This document shows, piece by piece, positions 1 through 11,327 of a stretch of 64,000 bases of DNA. The position numbers were made by a program, and so were the translations under genes. The notes under the pieces were generated by a model. It was not told the DNA's origin, made no database searches, and worked only from the letters and a program-made list of their open reading frames with translations. Within the stretch, counting starts at the first letter, position 1. Every line of letters begins with the position of its first letter. Origin of the DNA: Bugula neritina (Eukaryota > Animalia > Bryozoa); assembly GCA_964035545.1 (NCBI GenBank), contig OZ037766.1, positions 9,786,722 through 9,850,721 on the forward strand, read 5' to 3'.

Positions 1-494
1 TGCACTAGTGGGCTCTGTCTTACTGAACTCCAAATGCTCCAAATTATGGGTTGGAACACATGCCTGTACGTTTATGAAGGCACTGGCTCATTTGTATTAA
101 CATGTTCACGTACTTACACACCTATACTATGAAAATAACTAAGCCACCCTACTATCTAATATTTCTATATATCAAAAAAATTATTATAAATATAAAGATA
201 TGTATTAAAATAGATAGATTAAATTTGTAATTTCAAACAACATCTTATCTAAAAATGTCAAACACTGTATAACTATATATATTTTTTAAAAGCATTTGTT
301 TACATGGCATGCCTGCAAGTCAATGAAAATATTTAAAGAACAGTAAAAAGAAGCATATGAATTTCAGAATAGTTTCTTCTTTTCTGAGATGAATACTTTG
401 GAAATGTCCCACAATTCAACATTTAAATTAAGTCTGTAAAAGAATTTTTCACAGTGTATTTTCAATGAATAATTATTCTTGCAAGCTGGTTTGT
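1..494. repeat. Left arm of a long inverted repeat (pairs with 1573-2067); probably continues left of the window
   Basis: The start of the window, tgcactagtgggctctgtcttactgaa, is the reverse complement of 2041-2067. The match continues with few mismatches to about 494 versus about 1573. Confidence 0.95.
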
Positions 495-544
495 GTTTGT
501 TCTGACATGCCATTTTACAGTGGTCTAGTTAACTAGGTCAAAGT

Positions 545-1580
545 TCATTGAGGTGGAATTGTTTTATTAACCTCCTTGTGTTGATAAAATACTATCATTG
601 GATTTAGAGCTTCTCTAAGCAACTTCACAGTCTGTTTAAATATCTGCGATACCTGCCTATTAGACAATCCAAACCTAAAAAATAATATACTAAATCTTTG
701 TATTACATGAATGGATGAAAAATAATGCAACAAATTGGGTAAAGCATGTTCAAGTAATGTGAAAAACTCAAAATATAAATGAGTCAAACTAGAGCTAGTC
801 AAGTGTGTGGTGTTTTTGGCCAATTTATATGTGTTGTTTAATCAGCTTATTATGTAGTGATGTAATCCTATATAATGTAATTTAAGTTAGACAGCTAAAG
901 TTGGACAGTTCTCATCGTGCACTTTCTTGAATAAGCAGTTATGTAATATAGAGAGACAGCTACTCAACAGAGAGCTTCAAGCAAACAAAATTCTTGCAAC
1001 GAAGTTGATTGAATACAAAACAGCTGCTGTTATTCTTATAGCAGCATGCATTGTATAAGAGATAGCCTGATGGTTCACATAGTTTACATACAGTGACATA
1101 CCACTGAAAATTATTAGAAACCACAGAAAAGATATAAAGGAGAGAATGCTGGCACAAAGGAAGTATAGCAATGCGGTCAAATATATGGCTGAAAACTGAC
1201 CTAGAGATAAATAAGTACAAAATGTACATAATATAGCTAAATCAGTAAAACCAAATGATTTGATATAAAAAGTATTATCTGGGAATTTAGTGAAACTTAG
1301 TGCATTATTTAGAACTCCACCTTTGAGCAAAATCCTTATGGAGTAAAGCCAATCTTAATTTCATTAGTGTCATAAGAATGCAGTCATTATGACATAGTTC
1401 GCTCTTTCTATACTTTACAGCTGGTACTAAATGTACATTTCAACTTTTTTTTTGAAAACAAAATAAGTTGCTTTGGCTGAAAAGTGCTTTTTTTGATGAC
1501 TTTTTTTCTGCAATGCAGCAGTATACAATTTACAATGCTCCAAAAACATTTTTTTATTAGGAATGTTGGTATACAAACAG
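545..1580 (-). pseudogene. Degraded N-terminal fragment of a PHIS-type (ISL2EU/Harbinger-like) transposase, HTH_Tnp_4-like region; no DDE domain
   Basis: The minus strand gives CLYTNIPNKKMF..., a frameshift at a poly-A run, then YRKSELCHNDCILMTLMKLRLALLHKDFAQR. After a GT-AG intron (about 1321-675) it continues FGLSNRQVSQIFKQTVKLLREALNPMIVF...PPQ*. This matches the recalled family motif LLLTLMKLRLGL..DLA.RFG.S.STVS.IF. Confidence 0.7.
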
Positions 1581-2067
1581 CTTGCAAGAATAGTTATTTA
1601 TTGAAAATACACTGTGAAATTTTTTTTTACAGACTTAATTTAAATGTTGAATGGTGGGACATTTCCAAAATATTCATCTCAGAAAAGAAGAAACTATTCT
1701 GAAATTTATATGCTTCTTTTTACTGTTCTATAAATATTTTCATTGACTTGCAGGCATACCATGTAAACAAATGCTTTTAAAAAATATATATAGTTATACA
1801 GTGTTTGGCATTTTTAGATAAGATGTTGTTTGAAATTACAAACTTAATCTATCTATTTTAATACATATCTTTATATTTATGATAATTTTTTTGATATATA
1901 GAAATATTAGATAGTAGGGTGGCTTATAGTTATTTTCATAGTATAGGTGTGTAAGTACGTGAACATGTTAATACAAATGAGCCAGTGCCTTCATAAACGT
2001 ACAGGCATGTGTTCCAACCCATAATTTGGAGCATTTGGAGTTCAGTAAGACAGAGCCCACTAGTGCA
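1573..2067. repeat. Right arm of the long inverted repeat (pairs with 1-494)
   Basis: Reverse complement of 1-494 with scattered substitutions and small indels. Confidence 0.95.
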
Positions 2068-2650
2068 GCTATATAGTGTACGAGCATGTTATTATTGTTC
2101 TAAGAGTTGAAAGGTTAGCAGCTCTAACCAGACTGGTTACAGTCAGCAAAGCAAATAATTATGACAGCTGCCAGCTTCAGATTTGCTCAATAACCAAAAC
2201 CACAAATATGCTTTGAAGTTTTCTTTTTGTGCCATTTATCATTAACAAAATTTTTTAAAAAATTTCTGAAACTGCTCATATGTGTACCTATGCCAAAATA
2301 TTAATCTCAGAAAAAATGAAACTTATACTAGTAGTAGTCTTCACTCAAACCATACATCTCTACTTATTTTATGGGCCTTCTATATATCATTGAGACTGCC
2401 CCCAATCCCTGTAGGGGGAGACAACTTTAAAATACAAATTCCTCTGGAGGGATGTCTGAAACCCCTCTATTGTTTCTTTTAGCTCAGATAACTTTTTTAT
2501 GATTTTACTTGAAACAAAATATCATAATATAATAATATTAAAATCTTCGGAACTAAAAAGTAAATGCCATCATTACTCAAAGTAATTCGGATCTAACTTG
2601 AAACTGCTAAGACAATTAGGCAAGTTGATATACTAAAAAAGCAACCATTG

Positions 2651-5600
2651 CTATACCTGTTGTCTTGTAGCACTAGTATTAATCACAGAGTGAACATTTG
2701 TGCCTCCAAACCCAAAAGAGTTTAGAGCTACAAGACCTCCACTCCATGGTGTGTTTTTAGAAACCACTTTGAGGCGACCATCTTGAAGGGCTGGTATGTT
2801 AGGGTTGGGAGTCTTATAATGAAGATTTGATGGTAGCACTTTCTCTTCACTTGCAATTAACACTTTCACTAGAGCTGCTAGTCCTAAATATTATTAAAGA
2901 ATATTTTACACTTTTCATGCTATTAGCAGGCCATCTACAGTACAACTGAGTTTAACATTAAAATTTTGTGTAGCCCATTTTAAAATTAATTAAAAGCTTG
3001 CATAGCTTTGGCAAAAGCATTAGTATATCTCACAAACCAAAATATTGACCAAAAGCTTGCTTATAGGAATTTACCTGAAACTGGTTCTGAGTGACCCATG
3101 TTGGACTTCGTAGACCCAATCAATAGTGGAGATTGTCTTCCTTTGCAGAACATATCAGCAATAGAGTTCACTTCCTCTGGATCACCAGCTTTAGTACCAG
3201 TTCCATGAGCTTCTACATAAACTATATTACTGGGGTGCACACCACACTCCACATAGGTCTGTGTCATTAGGGTTTTCTGAGTTTGTCCAGATGGGAATAA
3301 AATACCTGGAACACAAAAATCATTTTAAATAACTAAAATTCTTAGTAAATCTACTAAGAACATTTTATGGCCCATGAAAAGTGTTAACAAACAATATCTA
3401 CATAAAGTAAGAAACCCATTAACTTGTAGGTATTGCGTTTTCAGTTGTACATCATAATTATGTCTACAAATACTTATCCTGCTTAAATCTATGTGGCTTA
3501 AACAATCTTAATTTTATACTCTGCAATTATTGCATTGTTATTAACAGTCAACATTAAAATATTTTTAGTATGCTAGACTTTCCTTTGAAAGCAAAAATAA
3601 TTAATATAATGCAGCATAGTCTCGCATTAGACAACTATAAGTAGAACAATTAGCCACGCCAATACTGGTAAGTTAACAAGTCAGCGATACACTTACTTTT
3701 ATTGTCTTCCTTTGCTCCATCTGAATTGTTTTTAGAGTGTATAAGCTGTGCATACACTCTTTTAGACTCTTTGTGTTTCTGTAGAAAAACAGCCACAATT
3801 CCTTCACTTCTTGCATAGCCATTGCCTATACATGGTCATAGCAGTGTTTATTAAAATAGTAAGTAACATAAATTAGTTATGACATCAAAAATATGTGTCT
3901 TTTTTAATATCATAGAATGTTCAGTCATGTTTCATGTATTTGTATTACCTGATTCATCAAATGACTTGCAAGCTCCTTCAGGCGACAGCATGTGGAGTTT
4001 ATTAAACTGTATAGAAGTGGCTGGTTTTATGCAAAGATTACACCCTGCTACGAGGGCTGCGTCACACTGCCCCGTGCGAATTGCCAGTAGAGCTTGATCC
4101 ATGGCCAGTAAACTGGAAGAGCAAGCTGCATCCATAACAAAACTGGGTCCTAAAAATAAACCAATTGGCACAATAATGTTGCAAGTTTTGCGCCTAAACT
4201 TATAACATATATTTCTTTATTTGTATGTATGTAGAATTTAGACAATATTAAAAACTTATCCTTTGTTTTTACCTTTCAAGTCAAAAAAATAAGACAACTG
4301 ATTTGCAATCATTCCCCTCTCGCATCCAATCAAAGAAAAACCACAAGTTGTAGAAGGGTGAGCAGTCCAGCTATCAGCAGCCTCTCCAGACATTAAACCC
4401 ACAAATACCCCAGTATTACTTCCTCTTAATGATTCTGGGTTTACACCTGCAGGTACATGTCTTCAAAATAATTAATATTATCTGATGAAAATACATAATA
4501 TGGTTTTTATGGCTAGCAAGAGACAAAATTACTAGCTTAAATAACAATGAAATATATTCTTACGAGATATCTAATAATACTGATATTACTCCATGCTACA
4601 CTGAGTCAATGTGTCATGGAGTGATGATAAACCAATACCTAGGAGCAGCTCATTATACTTTTTCAAACAACTAGACTCTATAGCATGTGAAAAAAAGTTT
4701 TAACTTATATTTTCTCACACAACGAGAGCATTTCAGCTTCTACAGGTTTTAATATTAATACTAGCAGACAGATACTATTTTACCTGCATCTACTATAGCT
4801 TCATGGGAAACCTCTAACAGCATTCTTAGCTGAGGATCCATTCTGTTAGCCTGCTTTTCATGAACACCAAAATATGTTGCATCAAATTTAGTCAAGTCTT
4901 TAAGTTTGCCAGACCTGGTAGGAAGCCCATGAACGCCTACAAAGTGCTTGTTAATATAAGTAGGTATGGCTTACATTGGTTGTAGATTTGTAAATGTCTA
5001 ATAAATTAATGGCATGCTATGTGTATTTCTTATACAATTAAGAATCTTTATTTGAAAAAGATAAAAATCACAAAAGCCTTTCTAAGAAATTGCTATGTGA
5101 AATGTGAATACCACTAAAAACAGACAAGTCAATGTAAAATGTCTAAGTTTAAGCTGTTGGACTGTTTAACTTAATTTTTGCAAAAGCTGTTTTACACAGC
5201 GTCTTCTATTAATGACTTTTAAAAGTTCTATAAAACTGATAAACTAAAAGCATATGATGTAGCATGTGCCTTTGACAAAAACTATAATACTAATTTTCAA
5301 GTAACACGATTAAAAGAAGCAGAGACCATCCTAATTATAATACTAAGTAAGAAATCGTTACTCATGTATAGGTTCAAGTCTACATCAGCACAAGGAATGT
5401 TATAAAAAGTTTAAGAATAATGTTGGTATTACCAGGAGTCCACCTTCTGCCATCATCAGTTACCATATCATCATTGTTCATCAAATGATCACGGAATTCA
5501 TCTACACTATCAGATTCTGGTAGTCTGCATGACATTCCTGAGATGACCACATCTTCCTTAAACTCTCTAAAATTTTGATAGAAATAATATTATTACATGA

Positions 5601-5803
5601 AGGGAACTGCCCTGTGATCTTGCATTTCTCAACATAACAATCATTGTAAGTTACCTTCGCCATTGAGCCGTCTGTATAAGACCTGTTGAAGCATCTACAC
5701 TAACAGCTGCTGGTCTTTCATCTTCACCATCAACTGGATGTAACTCAACAGCATTGTTATCTTCCATTTGCTGGAGTATAATACCATCAACACCTGGAAG
5801 CAT
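2651..5803 (-). CDS. Fatty-acid-synthase paralogue with only the ketosynthase (KS) domain inside the window (about 467 aa)
   Basis: Exons 5803-5655, 5566-5433, 4936-4784, 4446-4273, 4149-3949, 3825-3697, 3305-3075 and 2883-2657 are all GT-AG and in frame. Their lengths (149/134/153/174/201/129/231/227) equal those of FASN exons 1-8. Catalytic motifs DAACSSS, EAHGTGT and NMGHSE are present, plus [11 protein letters not shown]. Read-through stops at 2651-2653; a possible 9-aa terminal exon lies at 2606-2577. No AT exon is found in 1-2650. Confidence 0.85.
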
Positions 5804-6938
5804 CTTCTCTACAACAGTTGGTGTAATATATTTGTTTTGCCTATAGAAAGGTTAGTAGGAAGGCTGAATAAAAATGGTGTTAATAAAGGTTTTATATCAA
5901 AGTTATCACTAGAAAGTGGTTGGTGTGTCATTTTAAACTTCGATAACCAATCAAATAATTTTAAACAGCAGCATATGTCAAAAGATATATGTCCGGGTGC
6001 CTAATAGTACTCATCAGGTGCTATTCAATAAAGAAATTAGCCAAATAAAACATAGGCACATAGTATACTAAAAAAGTGGGCTTTGGGAGCTGGTTATATT
6101 ACAATTACATAAAAGGAAGTAAGAAATTAGGTAAAAACCCCTTCATTCATTGATATTATAAACATATTGAAAGAAAATAAAATATTTTATAGTCTTAGAG
6201 GTGTCAATAGCTTTTGTTTTAGCCTTGTCCCTGCCACAGCAAAAGCTTAATTCTACATCTAAAACTAGTTCTTTTAAGTTTGTTTGAGATAGTCAACATA
6301 TATCTTATGTAGTTATAAATTGCAAGACATATAAATCTGTAGCAACTATTTTTTCCGAATAACATATAAAAGTTATAGAAGCAAAAGCTTAACATACGTG
6401 TTTTACAGCAGTCTACCAAAAAGATGAAGACTTTGTAAATATAATAATGTAGACCCAGCAAACAGCCTGATCCTATGTGTCTCATATAAATACAGAGTAG
6501 AGGCACAGTGAAGCCTCGTATAGACTATTAGTATAAGTGTGTTGAAGTTATCACCTTCCTAAACTTATATATAAGTACTTTTTTTGTAGATTTATGCACG
6601 TCAATATTGCAGTAGATATGGTGGTATAGGTTCAAGTAACATAATCTCAGCTAATAAATTACGATGAAACGAACTCAGCAATTATAATTCCAGTTTTGTC
6701 ATAATAGATAAAACTGAGGGTATCTAAGAGACTTCTATAGTTTCTCCTTTCTTTTAATGCCTCACTTCATCTGATGATATTTTTTCCTAAAATATAGATT
6801 AATCACGAATTACTTGCAATAAACTCACAATGACAGAAAAACATGGTGCGATTTTTTTTAGTCATTTTCATGTTATATAATGGTATTTGTATATATTATA
6901 CATTGTTTTAACCTGTTTTGCTTACTTCTTTAGATATT

Positions 6939-7270
6939 AGACTAACAAAATGGACCCTCAGCTAAAAATTCTGCTAGAGGTTTCTCATGGCGGTATATAG
7001 TGAATGCTGGAAAATATTTTTTATTTGCCAGTTAGTATCAGTATTATAACGTGTAGAAGCTGAAGTCGTCTCTTAACGTGAGGAGATGGAGGTTGAAAAA
7101 TCTTTTTTTCCACAAGCTATAGAGTCTAGTTGTTTGAAAAAGGTATTATGAGCAGTTTCTAGGTATTGGTTTATCATCACTTCATGACACATTGACTTAG
7201 TGTAACATAGAGTGATAGCAGTATTATTAGATATCTTGTAAGAATATATTATTGTATTATGTTGTGAGCT
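6939..7270 (+). pseudogene. Inverted, decayed fragment of FAS KS exon 3 plus the following intron
   Basis: atggaccctcagctaaaaattctgctagaggtttctcatg reads MDPQLKILLEVSH. The next ~260 bp align with the reverse complement of the intron at about 4533-4783, for example gctatagagtctagttgtttgaaaa and ggtattggtttatcatcac. Confidence 0.85.
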
Positions 7271-7345
7271 ATTGAATTTCTCTCTTTAACCGGCCTGAAG
7301 AATCAAGTGTAGGAGATGCAACCCATACCTTATAATTCAATCTTA

Positions 7346-7615
7346 GGTAAAAATGGCACAGGTAATAATGGCACAATTGGAAAAGCAGGTAAAAATGGCA
7401 CACTGATGTTAAATTTTCCCAAACCCCAAACTCAAACCCCGCATTCAAAACCCAAGCCACCATCCCCAAACCTATATCCCCAAATCCAAACTCTCAACCC
7501 CTAATATTGAAAATGTGCCATTTTTACCTACTTTGCCATTTGTACCATTATTACCTGTGCAATTATTACTTGTGTCATTTTTATCCGTACCATTTTTACC
7601 GTACCATTTGTACCG
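7346..7615. mobile_element. Small non-autonomous element with modular inverted repeats (HINE/DINE-like or MITE)
   Basis: ggtaaaaatggcaca occurs about 3 times at the left, and its inverse tgtgccatttttacc about 6 times at the right. The core is degenerate (aaacccc)n. Confidence 0.6.
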
Positions 7616-9624
7616 GTTTCAATTTTACCATTCATTTTATAATTTACATTTTAAACCACAATACATTTCTTTTTAACACATTGATATGTTAATGATTTTG
7701 ACATTCATCCAAGCATCAAAGCAACAGATTCACAGCAGTGCATGTATTTTCTAGAAAAAATACATCTGATCTGCAGGGCCACCAGAAAACATTACTCAAA
7801 GATCAAGTATACTCAAACTCATAAGCCAGCTTCTGACTCTGCACTTTTTGAGCTAAGATCAGGAGAAACACATCAAAGTTACAGACAGCTAATCAAACCC
7901 TGGTCCATGCTGCTCACCAGCATCTATTTTATTAGATAAGTATGAACAACTTTTGTGCCAACATATTATATTCCCTTTGTGCTGATAAACTTAATGAATA
8001 ATTTACAAAACTCACTGCAGAAACTTGCAGTAGAGTTTATTACATTGCACTAATTAGTCGATTTTCATTATCATAGTTTTTCCTCATAAGCTTCATAAAT
8101 ATAACACTTATATTAATGCAGTAAAACAATGTTGCATAATCTATCATAAATATGTATTATAAGAGTATAACCGTTTAATATCTATAAGGACACAGGAAAC
8201 GTAAATAGTGTGTACTACGAGTAGTTTATTTAATAAGTAAAAAAATTAAAAGTATAATGCAATAAATGAAAAATTGTTTCTATCAGATATTAAGCGAACA
8301 GAAATGGAAGACAGAAGAATAGATTACAAAGAAGAGACAAAATTGTGTCAACAGTTATAACTGGTAAAGAATTATCTAAATTTTTGAAACACAAACACTA
8401 ACAAGTCATCTCGATCAGTTTTGTTTTCATAAAATTATTTAAGCAGCTTTATCTATATTAGTGAAAGTTGAATAATAATATTACAAAACAATTTGGAGTG
8501 ACTCATTAGCTTACATGACTGTGTGCATATCACTCTGTTACTATGCAGGTTAATAGTTTCTTTGATAATTTTATAGAGAATTAGAAATTAAAATCTGCTG
8601 TGTAATACTTACACTATAAAATAATATACAGGCATTAAAACAAGTGGGAATAATGACAGATTGTCCTTTGATTCACCCACAGGGATACAGTAATATGGAG
8701 ATCGGATACAAGTTGTACTGCTGTGTCAAAAGTATAAATCAAGTCTAAACTAAGCGCAACATGAAAGTTTGAACTTTCAGCCATAAAATAGGCGTATAAC
8801 CCTATACAAATATGCTACATAGTGATTATTCGTGTTACATCTTTAAGCTATGGTTGCTTTGACCACTTTACACACCAAAGTTATGCTTAACTTATACTTC
8901 AAACCAACCATTATTTTAAAAAGCATGGCCTCTTGAAATATGAAGATGAGAAAGATCAAGCATTATTAACTTCAATTGATGTTCACAAATGAAAGCTGGG
9001 ATATTAACAAAACTCTCACATTTGGGTCATTAGCCTCTCACTGTCAACTCCTTCTATAGATGCAGTTGAAATAGAAAATGGTAAACCATAGAATACAATT
9101 AGTATTGAATACACAAGAGTTGAAGCTGTGCTTTTGGCACTCTGCCTGGACTACCTTTACAGTATTAATTTGTCCTTCACCGGAAGTTAACCTTAATGCT
9201 TCAAATGCACTGATTGCGAACATTGCTAAATAATTTCATTCTAGTCAAATTAAACTCAGATTTGGCTAAGCAGGTTGGAAAAGGAGAAAATCTTCAACTA
9301 CAATTATACATGAAAATGTCATCATTTTTATTATCAACTTTAATTTTTTGTGATGAACTAAACACCTTTTTCTAAATATTTTTGTTTAATACTTGCAATG
9401 TCTTTAACCAATAGGTTTTTGATGAATAATTTTTTTAGAATCTCCCAAGTTGTTTAATCACATATTCATCATAGGCATATAATAATATAGACATGCATGG
9501 TTACAGCTGGCTAAGTGAGAAAGATGAGGAATGTATAGGCTTGCTTTGTTATTATAATATATAAATTGTCTCTACTTTGTAATTGTTACCATCATGTTTG
9601 TTGCATAAATAATACCTGCATTAA

Positions 9625-10227
9625 GGCCTCATTCACATTGTGTCAGGGCTGAAGTTTTCTAAGTGCGCTATTAGGTATGATCTATGACACTTCATTGGCC
9701 AATTATATCCAATGAGTTGATGCAAAAGTTTTTCTATTCAATAGGAGCCCGTCGTAACTTGTTTGAATCAAGCATTGCTTGATCCTAGCATACCGCAGCG
9801 CCATATAGAAAGTTCAGACATTTGTAAGCCTAGGGCCACACGGTGCGTATTTTCGCATGCGAAAATTGAAACCACAAGTAGCAAAGGTGTCCACTGTGCG
9901 CGTTGAGAAAACCTTCGCACTTGTCGCTCTGCATTTTCAACGCAAGTGCGAATCGTCTCTGTCGTCATCACCTAATTGGCTGGTAGCTATTCAGCGAGCC
10001 CAATTTCTTTATTTAGTGCTATATTCCAGTAAATTGCGTTTTATTGAAAGCGAGTTCGATTTAAAAATGAAAGCTTTATTTATCACGCATCACTGACGCT
10101 ACAGTGGACACCTTCGCTACTCGCGATTTTAATTTTCGCATGCAAAAATACGCACAGTGTGGCCCTAGGCTAAGAATGGCTGATATTTGCTGTTACAGCA
10201 GACGGTACGGCAAGTGTGAATGAGGGG
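9625..10227. mobile_element. PIF/Harbinger-type MITE (outer element)
   Basis: Termini ggcctcattcacattg ... caagtgtgaatgagggg, flanked by TAA at 9622-9624 and TAA at 10228-10230. Confidence 0.7.
9828..10170. mobile_element. PIF/Harbinger-type MITE nested in the outer MITE
   Basis: Imperfect TIRs of about 70 bp: gcctagggccacacggtgcgtattttcgcatgcgaaaatt... and ...aattttcgcatgcaaaaatacgcacagtgtggccctaggc. TAA target-site duplication at 9825-9827 and 10171-10173. Confidence 0.9.
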
Positions 10228-11327
10228 TAAAATAGAAGCTGCGAACATTTAAAGTTTCATTTTTATATAAATGATAGCTTTGCTCTGAATCGTTCCTGGA
10301 ATCGTATTTATAATTATTTTTCTCTCCTTGTAAAATTTCATAGTACACGAGTATCAAAAATTTTTCTCTTGTGCACTGAATTCTAAATTGTTTAATATTA
10401 TTACATGTTTTGAACTTTAGCTTACATATAAATGTGTAGTGAGAAATAAATGTTGCCAAGTTTTAAACTATACCTGCAATCGCAAGTACATAGCTAAGGT
10501 AAAATCTAGCAACTGTACTAGTGTTATATGCCAATAAACTTTGCTTTTGAAAGTAACTTTGCATGCTTTGTCTGCCAGTATCTTCAACTCATAAATAAAT
10601 ACACTAGCAGACAATAAGAGCGAGATGCCTGCTTACAGCAATGCAAAGCTGTACAATTAATTGTATTATTCAAAAAGATCAAATTTCAAGTTTCTTTCCA
10701 GTGTGTAATTATGTAACTGACATTTTATATTATAAACTTGTCAATAATTGGTTATTTATATTGTGTTACACAAGCTAGTACCAATAATGATACTGAAAAT
10801 ACAGACATTTTTGTAACTGTTAACTTCACTACTCACTCTTAATACAAACTCTGCGTTATACTTTTTCAAGTGATAAAGTGTACAGCTAGTAACATATTGT
10901 AATGGCTAATAGAAGTGTAGTCATGGCGTTTGTTCTATAACCTTGTTTATTATGCGGAGAGACAACGTGGCCAATATATGAGCCTCCAATCAAATGCCGA
11001 GAAGGCACGTGACAAACATAGTAGAGCGTCTAGGCCAGTGATGCTCAACCTGCGGCCTTTTGACTTTTGGCGGCCTTTTGGGCTGGTAAATGTGGCCTTT
11101 TGGCCTCTTGTTGAAAATAAAAATTTTGTTCAGTTTCAATCCTTGTTGAATTTTGCTTTTTAATAAGGCAGTCAAGATTGCTATCAATCTGGAATTCCTA
11201 AGTTTACTATTATATGAAAAATCTGGATAAACGTGATGACAAGGGGAATCCCCATTTTTTCCTCATTATGCTTGATTGATAATTAGCTGACTATTAGCAT
11301 TAGTCAATTAGCAACCAAACTGTCAGC

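Noticed and set aside
977-1330. Hydrophobic 117-aa ORF resembling a membrane protein
   Set aside because: It has a TTG start and lies within the predicted intron of the transposase remnant. T-rich intron sequence translates as hydrophobic.
8920-9235. Coding-like stretch (EAVLLALCLDYLYSINL) reminiscent of TE-associated ORFs
   Set aside because: It has several in-frame stops and only a weak motif resemblance, so it cannot be assigned without a search.
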